Shown one piece after another: positions 53,252-64,000 of a DNA stretch of 64,000 nt; within the stretch, counting starts at the first letter, position 1, and every line of letters starts with the position of its first letter. A program made the translations under genes and the position numbers. The notes under the pieces are model-generated. The model saw nothing but the letters and a program-made list of their open reading frames with translations. It ran no database searches and was not told the DNA's origin. The stretch is from Paraspadella gotoi (lineage: Eukaryota; Animalia; Chaetognatha): NCBI GenBank assembly GCA_051294375.1, contig CM119271.1, forward strand, positions 8,051,788-8,115,787. The letters run 5' to 3'.

Positions 53252-53735
53252 TATCCCATGTAGGTGCAATACTACGTGGTTATCATGGCCCATCCTATGT
53301 GGGCTCAATAATACTATGGCGGAATCCTACGTGGGCCATCCTATGTGGGTGGATCCTAGATGGCGAAATCCTACTGGGCCAATCCTATGTGGGCGGAATC
53401 CTAGGTGGGCGGAATCCTACGTGGGCCCAATCCTATGTGGGTTCAATTCTATGGGCGCAATACTATGGGCTCATCCTTCGGCCCAATGCTAAGTGGGTGG
53501 AATCAACAGGGTACATCCTTTGGGCGCAATACTATGGGCGCAATTCTATGGGCGCAATCTTAGGTGGGCGCAATTTTACGTGGGCGGAATCCTACAGGGC
53601 GGAATCCCATGTGGCGCAATCTACGTGGGCATAAATGACTTGGTGCAATTCTATGTGGCGCATGCTACCGTGGGTGCAATCCTTGGGCGCAATTTTATGG
53701 CCCAATAATACGTGGGCCCAATCCTGCGACTACCG
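53252..53735. repeat. 14-16-bp degenerate minisatellite ATCCTA(YG)TGGGCGCA, ~30 copies
   Basis: Direct reading. It ends abruptly at gcgactaccg, exactly where duplication copy 2 begins. Confidence 0.9.
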
Positions 53736-54516
53736 TGATAGATACTATTATTATACTAAAAAAAAATTTTTTTTTTTTACGTCCTGATTATTTATCGAAC
53801 CGATTGGGCGATGATTATGAGTGTAAATTGTAGAAGGAGCTTGAAAATTTAACAACGTGATTATATATTGTAGCATAATAATATAATTAATATATAACGA
53901 CGACGACACGCCAAAGACGACGAAGACGACGACAAAACGGACGAAAAGTCGACGACGTAACTCCGATCGTCTCGATTAACTACGGCGAGTAACACGACGC
54001 GAATTTTGGCGAAGCCGGCGGCGTCATCATCCGTGACAACAGTGACGCTTGGACCACCGTCGACGCTTCTCGGTTACATGTAGGTTAGGGTCTTTTTTTG
54101 GAAGGGCTGGAGGAGGTGAGAGGGTGGGGTGGAGGGGGTGGAGGGGAGTTAGGAGAGGCATCTGGCGATTTAATCAAGTTTCTACCCGATCGTTCGGATG
54201 GGTTCCACTGGTCCATCTTGGTCGGCGACTTCTGATTTTAGATTCGGGAAATGAAAAAGACGACGAGACGAGGAAAAAAAAAAAGAAAGGAAAGAGAAGA
54301 AACATAGAAAAGGAATTAATAGGAAAAGATACGAAAAGACGATATAAAATAAAGGGGAAAGAAATTGATAGAGAAGAGGAAAAGAAAGTAAAGGGAAAAG
54401 AAAAGAAAAAATAAACAAAATCTTATCCCCTAATTGCCGGGGCCCTCTGGCCTCGTAAAAACTTTGCGCGCGAGCGCTGGAAGAATGCCAGCCGAAGAAA
54501 AGACATCCAGCCTCTC
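53735..54516 (+). repeat. Direct duplication copy 2 (partner 52008-52765)
   Basis: See copy 1. Confidence 0.9.
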
Positions 54517-55775
54517 TTTTTTCTCTCTCTCTTCTCTCTTCTCTCTCTCTTTTCTCTCTACTCTCGTTTTTTTCTTTACCGGCCCGAGCATTCCTTTTCC
54601 GGCGACGATGGCGTCGCGAAAGGCGACTTTCCGAAAAGAGAGAGAAAAATAGACCAGAGAGAGAGAGAGGAAGAGAAGGATGCGAGAGACCGGAAGGAGA
54701 GAGAGAGGGAATGAGAAAGAGGAGGAAAAAGATTGGCAAAACGAGAGAGAGAGAGAAACGAAAAATTTAAAAATAGCTCCAAAATTCCTGGAGTAGGAAA
54801 GAAGGAAAAGTTCAGGAAAAACAACATTCTCGAACGTGACCAAATCGTCGTAGCAAAAAATAAANNNNNNNNNNNNNNNNNNNNNNNNNAAAAGGAGCGT
54901 GGCAAAAAAAAAGGCGTGACCAAAGTGGTTCTCGCCACGTTTTAATAAATGATGGAATTAATGTGAAGAGGAAAAATACTGGCTCGGGAATATCTGTCGG
55001 TATTTAACGATTACAAAAGAGACTCGGTCGTCCTTGGTTAAGGGCGACTTACCCGCTCGTTAACTTGGCTACATTAATCCATTATCAGAAACGATTAAAG
55101 GATAAATACATTGGGTGATGAATATTGATTACGTGTCTTCGTATTTAAAAAAAAAAGTATTTCATGGTTTATCGTTGGTCGAGTAAATTTCGTTCAATTT
55201 ATTTTTTTTTTATTATTTTTCATAGTTGAATGTTTAAAGTTTTCATACTATTTTTAATAATCGTAGGTAAACCTTTATTTCAAAGATTTATACATTGAAA
55301 AATGCAGTTCTTCAGAAACTAGTTCCGTTTTTTACAATCAACTGGGTTTTTTTCTTTTTTTCCTCAATTTTATTATGTTTTCCTTAGCTCAGACTTAGTC
55401 AATTTTTGTTGATTATGAATGTACTGAACCGATCTTGTTGTATTTCAATAAAATCGCGTACATCTAAACGGTTCCGAAATCTCATTAGTAATTCGTAGCT
55501 CGTCAAAGATAATCTTTTATCATTTAATAATTTTTAATTAAGAATGTTTCGTTAACTCCAGATAACAGTTTTCCTTCCGTTGGTCGATGAACTCGCTAAA
55601 ATTCCCTTTATATTTATTTATCTTTTTTAGTTGATACCTCGTTTGCGAGCGTTTATGTTTGTTTATGGGGGAAATGACCGCTCGAGTGGCGGAGAAAGAC
55701 GAACCGTCCTCTTCTTTTATCGCCACAATTAAGAGAGAGAGAGAGGAGAGGGAGAGGGAGACTCGATATTACAAA

Positions 55776-55883
<108 letters not shown>

Positions 55884-57122
55884 CGATACCACTGATAATC
55901 CGAAACGTGGAAGCAAAGTGAGTGTAAAATTCTGACTGACTGACTGACTGTCTGACAGAAAGACAGACAGACAGAAAGACTGACAGACAGACGAACACGA
56001 AGACACGCGGACAGACGCACAGACAAACAGACAGTGAGACAGACAGACAAACAGAAAGAGAGACATACATAAGAAAATAGAGAGAGCAACGACGTACAGA
56101 CCAAAAAAACAGATATACAAAAATTGGGAAATTCATTTTAAAAGAGAATAAGACGCAACTTGATTTCTTGAGGGGCTTCCGCCCCCCCCTTCCTCTTCAC
56201 CCATCTTCAGTACCGTCGCATCTAAAAACATTAAAGCGGCGCGGACTCCCCGATAAAAAAAACAAGAAAACGGAGAAGAGTATCAACAAAGAAGAAAACA
56301 GAGAGAAAAAAAAAACAACAAAAAAAGAAGGCTAGGAAAACCGATAAACGACGCCCAGGAAATCGCAACAGTTTTGAGCTGCAGCACCTGTAAAAGGAGA
56401 AGCTGCAGTTGCAGTAGATTATGCAGCAGAATTTACGGCAGCAGTAGATTAAGCAGAATCAGACAAAGCGGCAGGAGCAGTAGTTACAGCAGGAGAAGCA
56501 GCAGTCGTAGTAGATGCACCAGAATTTACGTTATCGGTAGTTGCAGCAGAAGTAGCCGTATTATTAGAGGCAGCAGAATGAGCAGTAGCAGTAGTTGCAG
56601 CAAAATATTTCTGTTCTGTCTGTCTGTTCGTGTTCGAATCTTTGTCCGTATGACTTCGTACATTTCGGTCTTACATTTATCTTCTTTTTCCTTCGTCGTC
56701 GTCGTCATCATCGACGCTGTTGTTGTCTCATTTATCACTTATGTCATCGACGTCAAAATTCTTTTTTCATCTTCTTCTTCTTCTTCGTCGTCGTCGTCGT
56801 CGTCGTCTTCTTAGTGTCTGTCCTTCGTCGACATAGTCGTCCCAGTCGTCGTCATCGTTGTTATTGTCGTCGTCTCCGTTGTTGTCGTCATCATCTTCGT
56901 CGTCTTCGTTGTGTCATTTGTCGCCACAAACGTCGTCGTTGTCGTTGTCATCGTCGTCGTCGTCGTCGTCTTCTTTGTGTCCTTCGTCGCCACATACGTC
57001 GTTATTATCGTCGTCGTCGGTTTTCTCTTATGCTGTTTCTCAAAACGAAGGAAATAAAAAAAAGATGACAGTTGTAAAGCGAGAAGAAAAAAAATTTGTG
57101 CCGGAAGAATCTTGTCGCTTTA

Positions 57123-57170
<48 letters not shown>
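57123..57170. repeat. Perfect (GGC)16 trinucleotide repeat
   Basis: Direct reading. Confidence 0.95.
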
Positions 57171-57270
57171 AGCGTCTAGAGCTTTTTTGACGCTTCTCGA
57201 GGCTTTTAGGGTTTAACGTTTTCTTTTCCTTCTTTTTACATCCGAAGGAAATGAATAATAGAGAGAAAAT

Positions 57271-57334
<64 letters not shown>

Positions 57335-57555
57335 CCGGAGGGAGAAGAAGAAAATCTCCGCCTCGATGTCGTTATATATCCTTGTTGTGGTGTTGTTGTG
57401 TTTTTGGTCGTTGTGGTTGTTTTTTGAAAGAAAAAACTGCACCAGTAACGGAATTCGGAGAGAAGAGCAGGAAGGACTGATGGTTCCAAGTCCAAAAATA
57501 GCAACTGGCTCTTTTTCTTTCTTTCTTGCTCTCTTCCTCTCTCTCTCTCTCTCTC

Positions 57556-57591
<36 letters not shown>

Positions 57592-58064
57592 GAGGAAAAC
57601 AACGTGGACGACGTTACAAAATCGATCGCGCTCAAGAGACGGATTGAGAAAAGGAAGCCGGACGGACGGACAGACAGACAGACCGACAGACACAGTCAAC
57701 GGAATGAAAAATCAGTCATGTCTTCGGAACCATCGGACCGAAATATGTCGAGGTCACTGACTCAAAAGATTTTCTCGAATTCTTCAAATTGGAAAAAAAA
57801 AATGGTTGAAAAAAAAAGTGGGGAAAAAAAAAAGTGTGAAATATTTGGAAATTCAAAATCCGGATGACGAATTCGTTTGGGGCAGAAGGTCGATCAAGAA
57901 GGTTTAATTTTGCAGACGGAAAATGGAGGAAAAGAGTGGAAAGAAAGAGAGGAAAAGAGGAAAGAGAGGAGAGAAAGTAAGGAGAGAAGGAAAGGAAGAT
58001 AAGAGACGAAAAAAGAATGTAAAGAGGGAAAAGGGAAACAAATGAAGCTTAGGGAAGGTAACGG

Positions 58065-58143
<79 letters not shown>

Positions 58144-58333
58144 AGAAGACCAAGGCGAAAAATTGAGAAACACGGAAAAAACGCAGAAGGCGGAAAAAAA
58201 AAAGAACAAAAAAGATACTTAGGAAAAGAGAAAATAGAGCTCTTGAGGCTTGAGGCGAAAAAAAAGAGAGAAGGGTGGAGGAAGGAGAGGGAGAGAGAGA
58301 GAGAGGAGAGATTAAAGAAGGAGAGAGAGAGAG

Positions 58334-58378
<45 letters not shown>

Positions 58379-59757
58379 AGAGAGAGAGAGAGAGGCATGG
58401 AGAAATCCCAAGAAATTAAATGAGAAATTTAAGAGATTTAATAAAAGAGAAAGAGAAAACGAAATTATACGAATGAAAAACTCGAGAAAAAAGGAAAAAA
58501 AAAGGAAAAACGAAATGAAGGAAAAAAAATTAGTATTAAGTGCAAAACCGTTTAAAAGGAAAGAGAAAGGAAAGAAAAGATTTAAAAAAGATAGGTAAAA
58601 AAAAAGGAAGAGAAAGGAGAGAAAAGATTTAAAAAAGATAGGTAAAAAAAAAGGAAAGAGCAAAAAGATCTTAAAGAAAAGAAAACAAGAACGGTAATTC
58701 CATGTGTTGCAACGCCAGTGAGTTTCTTATCACGTTTTATTTCCTGGGCATCACGTGATTGCCGTATCAAGTTTGACCGCTCTGCATCTAGAAAATTCCT
58801 ATTTTATTCTTCACTCGATTTCTTTAAAAACAAGATCGGTCCATTGTTGCGCCCAGTGACTTTTTCTTAACGTGTAATTTCTTGTGATGACATGACTACA
58901 TGACAAGGAAATTTATGTATAACAAACGTCTTTATATTGTATTTGTATTTATGACATGCACTGATAGGATTCCTTCTTTTATTCTTTATAGTTTTAGGAT
59001 TTCCTGAAGGCGGCGCGTGCAGTCACTTAGATTTGAAGTTTTTTTTTTCCATCTTAAAAATGAGCAACTAATTATAGGGAATTATGAGCTTCTTAACGCA
59101 AGTGGGGACAGGCTGACACGACATAGACCGACACGAAAAGTGACTATAGAGTTGCTCCGCGAGTACTCGGGCGCAACTAAAAAGATGAGATGTAAATGTT
59201 CGAAGCGTCGCGACGATGAGTTGTTTATTTTCTTCCTTCTTCGCGCCTTCATCATTTTCCTCCTTTGAATCGAAAAAGATTTTTTTTTTCGTGGGCGGAA
59301 GTGGATTCCGCTTTTTTTTTCAGATGCTGAGTTGTTGTTGTTGTTGTTGTTGTTTCTTTCTTTTAAAATGAAAATCCAAGTCCGGCGGCGATTGACGTCG
59401 CGATTTGAAATTCAATTTCGAAAAAAAAAATTCTATCGATTTTGAAAAAAAAAAAAATTTGCGGGAATATTTGAAAAAAAATGTGTACCACCAAAAACAA
59501 AAGGTGAAAAAAGTGAATATAAAAAAAGAGAAGTCTTTTCTTTTTGAATGAATTCTTTTTTTTAGCATTAAAAGGAGACAAAGAGGAGGGAAGAGAGAGA
59601 GGTAAGGTTGAAGGTTGGGGTGAGAGGGTGAAATAGTTCGGGGATTCACCCAAATACTTTTTTTTTCTTTTTTCCGAGGAGAAATAAAAATGGAGAAATC
59701 CGGACACATGGATCGTAAATACCAGTAAACCCGATCCGAGATGGAGAGTTGGAGGGT

Positions 59758-59861
<104 letters not shown>

Positions 59862-60384
59862 CAGAGCGTGAAATCGAGATTTCCTTTCCTCCCACTCTCC
59901 TTTCGCGAGTTTCTTTTTTATTTCTCACGTTTTGCTTCTTCCTATTTTTCTCCTTGGCTAAAAAAAAAAACGAATGTTGTGGCGAATGGCGACCGTCTTG
60001 AGCCAGATGTGGCAAAATTATAAGAGATGGTTTGGATGAGAGATGGCAACGTGAGAAGATGAGAAATGGCTTCTTGGCGATTTAAATTTAGATGAGGCCG
60101 AGAGCGGCTGACGATTTAGAGAAGATACATAAGATTTTGGCAAGAAAAGGAAGATGTCGTTTGCGGTCAAAATAAAAGGTGTGAAGATCTACTGTCCAGA
60201 GACAATTCACATTTAAAGATTAAACGATATTTTGCGCGGAGAAATGGCAACGAAAAATACCCAGAAATGGCAACGAAAATACCCAGAAATGGCATCGAAG
60301 TGGCGAAATAAAAAAAAAATTCCGAGAGATGCGCGTTCGAGTCCAAAGACGGCGGATTGCGGGAGAGAGTGAGAGAAAAAAAAA

Positions 60385-60427
60385 AGCACGTGAGAGGAGG
60401 CGAAGGCAAATGCGCGCGCGCGTTGAG

Positions 60428-60524
<97 letters not shown>

Positions 60525-60830
60525 AGAGAGAGGATCACTAGAACCATAGCTCTCTCCCCCTTTCATCCGCGCGCGCGTTTCAGTCACGTGGTACAAAAAA
60601 ATACGAAACGCGTACGCGGCAAGGACGCCGATTGGTTGACTCGGAGTCCAGACGCGTCCTGATTGGTGGAAACAACGCTCACTGGGAGGAAGGCGTCGGC
60701 ACGCGCCCGGGACGCGCGGCGTGTTCGACGGCAGCAGACGTCAATCGCTCGCACGTCGCTCGAAAATAAACAACGCAAAACCTCGAGTCCGTCGGTGGCG
60801 CCACTGGGCGACGAAAGCGACGATTGGACG
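60385..60830. promoter_or_regulatory. CpG-rich promoter-like region with E-boxes, tandem CCAAT boxes and a CRE-like site
   Basis: CACGTG at ~60387, GTCACGTG at 60583, ATTGG at 60631 and 60662 (31 bp apart) and at 60823, GACGTCA at 60737, and (GC)n runs at 60411 and 60568. Confidence 0.5.
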
Positions 60831-62182
60831 ACGACGACGACAAAGTTTATAATAAACATTGTAATAAATTGTCAATAATAAATAATAAATAATAACGAAG
60901 ATCGCTGCGAATTCCTGGCGACGAAAACCAACGACTTAACGAGAGTGATTTGCGGCGTCAATTTCCGAGAAAAAGCGGCGCGCATTGCGGGCGCCACAAT
61001 CTTTAACAAAAATGAGTATTGGAGTATCATTCCCAGATATAGACTGAGTAATTGATTGAATGATTGATTGGACTGATTATTCAATTATATATTTACTGAT
61101 CGATGTATTGATTGAATATTTGACTGGTTGTTGGATTAATTGAAAGACTCATTGATTCATCGCTTCATTTGCTTGATTAATTGAATAACTGATTCATAGA
61201 TTCATCTATTGATTAAATATTTCGATTGATTGATTCGTTAACCTGTTAACCTGTTCGTCATTTCATTTTTTTTATTCAACCGTTTATTAATAGCCTAATC
61301 TAAGGATGGAGCTAAAGACTGCTGGTGGTCGGCGAGAGAACGCTTCCGGATCTCCCGTTCAAGGAGCCAAAGCTCCTGGAGGCTCACGGCTGTGATCCCT
61401 GGAAGGAGGAAGGAGAATGGAGGAGGAGGAGAAGAGGAGGAGGAGGAGGAAGGGAGAATAAAGGGAAGTATAAAGGAAGTGAAGGGGAAAGAGAGAGTGA
61501 TAAGGGAAAGAATGCGAAGGAAGAATAAAGGGAAGGAGGAGGAAGAGGAGAAAAGAGAAGGAGAAGGAGAGGAAAAAGATAAAGTATTAGGGAAGATAAA
61601 GAAGAGATGAAAAAGATAAAGAAAAGGTTGACAAAAAGACTAAAAAACGAGGAGGAAGTGTAGAAGGAGAGAATAAAGGGAAGGAAAAAGGAAAAGTGAA
61701 GGGCAAAAAAGGATGACAAAAGACTTGAAGAAGAGGAGGAGGAGGAGGAGGAGGAGGAAAAAGATACAATTAAGGAAGGATAAAGAAAAGGTGAAGGCAA
61801 AAAAAAGGATGACATAAGACTAGAATAGGAGAGGAAGAGGAGGACGAAGAAGAATAAGTGAGATGAAAAAGGAGACGGCGTTTCTGGGTTTTACAAATGC
61901 GAACCCTGGACGGAATAAGGGAGGGGAGGTTGGGGGGGGCGGAGAACGAGGGCAGAGCCCGTGATGGAGGATGAAGGTAAAAAAGATGAAGATATGAAAA
62001 GAGACAAAGAAAGAGGAAATAGGGGGATAAAGAAAAAGGGGAATTTCGGGATGGAATGTTGTATTAGAAAAAAAAAAGAAAGGAAAGAAAAATAAAAGAA
62101 GGAAAGAAAGAAAACAAGAAAGAAGGAAAGAAAAAAAAAGTCGTTGAATGGAAAAATGAATGAATTAAATAAATTAAAAAAA

Positions 62183-62328
62183 GAATGAATGAATGAATGA
62201 ATGAATGAATGAATGAATGCATGAATACATGAATGAATAAATAGATGAATGAATGAATGAATGAATGAATGAATGAATGAATGAATGAATGAATGAATGA
62301 ATGAATGAATGAATGAATGAATGAATGA
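62183..62328. repeat. (GAAT)n tetranucleotide microsatellite
   Basis: Direct reading. Confidence 0.97.
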
Positions 62329-62419
62329 AAGTACTCAGCGGCCACGACAATAAAGCGGAAACAAGAGAGAAAAAAATAACTCGTTAAGAAAAGACTCGAA
62401 GAAGGCACTAGTAAAAAAG

Positions 62420-62450
<31 letters not shown>

Positions 62451-62814
62451 AAAGAAAAGAAAAAAGAAAAGAAAAGAAAATGAAAAAAGAAAAGAAAAGA
62501 AAAGAAAAGAATAAGAAAAGAAAGAAAAAGAACAAGAAAGAAAAGAAAAGAAAAGAAAAGAAAAGAAAAAAAAGAAAAAGAAAAAAGAAAAGAAAAGAAA
62601 AGAAAAAAAAGAAAAAAGAAAGTAAAAAAAGCTCAGAAGAGTAAATAAGAAGGAAAAGAAAAAAACAAGAAAAGTGGGGAAGAAAGACGGGTCAGTCCCT
62701 TTGTCCGCGTCGGACGGACGGACGGACGGACGGACGGACGGACAGACAGTAAAAAAAGTCCGTAAATGTCCTGGAGAAACTTTCGCGTCTCTTCGGTCTC
62801 GTTACTGAGGAGGG

Positions 62815-62899
<85 letters not shown>

Positions 62900-64000
62900 C
62901 AATTCCGAAAAGGAAATAAAACCCAACGAGGCATAATTGACTTTTATTTTGTCCTTCATCGGACGAAGACGGCGAGCGACGATAGAGAGCGAGAGACCGC
63001 GTTTGGAGACGATATAGAGAGCGAGACGCGAGACCTCGAGACCGCGGAGTCAGAAGTCGACATGAGTGATGGATGAAAACCAGAATGATTGATGAGAGGT
63101 TCGAGCGACAGGGGTGATCGAATGAGGGGGTGGTGATTAAGGGGTGGTGATTGGTTATGGGGGGAGGTGATCATGGGCAGTGATCAGCGAGACGAAAGTG
63201 ATGAATGGAAACCGCGACGCCCGAGGCCAATGTCACCAGTCATCGATTGACTTTTTTCTGTTTCGGTTCGAACGCGCGGAGTAATGTACATTCCAGAACC
63301 GAATGACCCAATATTCCTCCGCGGCAAAGACTCGAAACGTCTCGAGGCGCTACTTTTTTTTTTCTTTTCTTTATTTCTTTCTTCCGTCCCGATAGAATCC
63401 CATTCGACGCAGCCCCACCTTTTGACCTCCGAGAATCGTACGACATCTGGTGTGAAGTTATGGTCGCACCTGGGACGCGCCATACGTACTATGGACGGCT
63501 GCGTGAGAGAGAGAGACTTTTATTTTCTTACGCTTTTAAATTTGACCATAAAAGTTTTTATCTTGCTTTTTTTTTTTTTCATTCAAGATTCGCTTTTTAC
63601 ATTTGCTATTTACATTTTGATTCTATTTTGATTTCAATAATATTTGTGTATTTAGTATTTGATATTTTGATATTTAGAAGTTTAGTAGTAGTTCTAAATC
63701 TTTTTTTATATATTTTATCCTTTCATGTTTCTCTAGCTATGTCTATTCATTCTTCCGCATTCCCCCCTCCCTCCTCTTTTTTCTTCTCTCCTTCCTCCCT
63801 TTATTTTCCTCTCTCTTTCCTCCTCTCTCTTTCTCTCTCTCGTCTTCTCTCTCTTCTCTCCATTCTCCTCCTCTCCTCTCCTCTCCCTCTCTCTCTTCTC
63901 TCTTCTCTTCTCTTCTCTCTCTCCTCTCTTTTCTTTCCTGCGCAATTAATAAAATCTCCTCTCATATTGTTCTTTTCTTCACGATTCCCCGCTTGCTTTT

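Noticed and set aside
53990-54080. HDANFGEAGGVIIRDNSDAW as an SRCR or RNase H-like motif
   Set aside because: Too short, lacks the conserved Cys or catalytic residues, and has an upstream in-frame stop.
60241-60303. ~21-22-bp tandem (AAATGGCAACGAAAATACCCAG x2.5), and a ~45-bp duplication at 58575-58660
   Set aside because: Real, but ordinary short slippage duplications with no further structure.

Overview
Eukaryotic, probably invertebrate animal, genomic DNA; the taxon cannot be determined from the sequence. It is dominated by (GA/TC)n, (GAC)n, (AAAAG)n and (GAAT)n microsatellites and several minisatellites, and almost all ORFs in the supplied track are low-complexity artefacts. Six N runs are exactly 25 nt, and long stretches show indel-type noise. 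This points to a short-read scaffold gap-filled with unpolished long reads, so frameshifts and some duplications may be technical. The best-supported content is as follows. (1) A ~7 kb + ~7 kb inverted duplication (22347-29220 vs 32990-40235) surrounds a ~3.8 kb unique spacer. The spacer holds an ETS-CRE/KLF/YY1 motif cluster, divergent TATA boxes and a clean minus-strand first coding exon. (2) A frameshifted Ty3/Gypsy pol region (RT-RNaseH-integrase, ~42760-45820) is invisible in the ORF track. (3) A small TIR element with telomere-like repeats has two inverted copies that bracket a GC-rich Pro/Gly-rich coding-like cargo. (4) There are four direct duplications, ~70-bp, ~175-bp and 14-16-bp tandem arrays, and a CCAAT/E-box promoter near 60.6 kb. 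No rRNA, tRNA or CRISPR array was recognised, and no host gene could be named.
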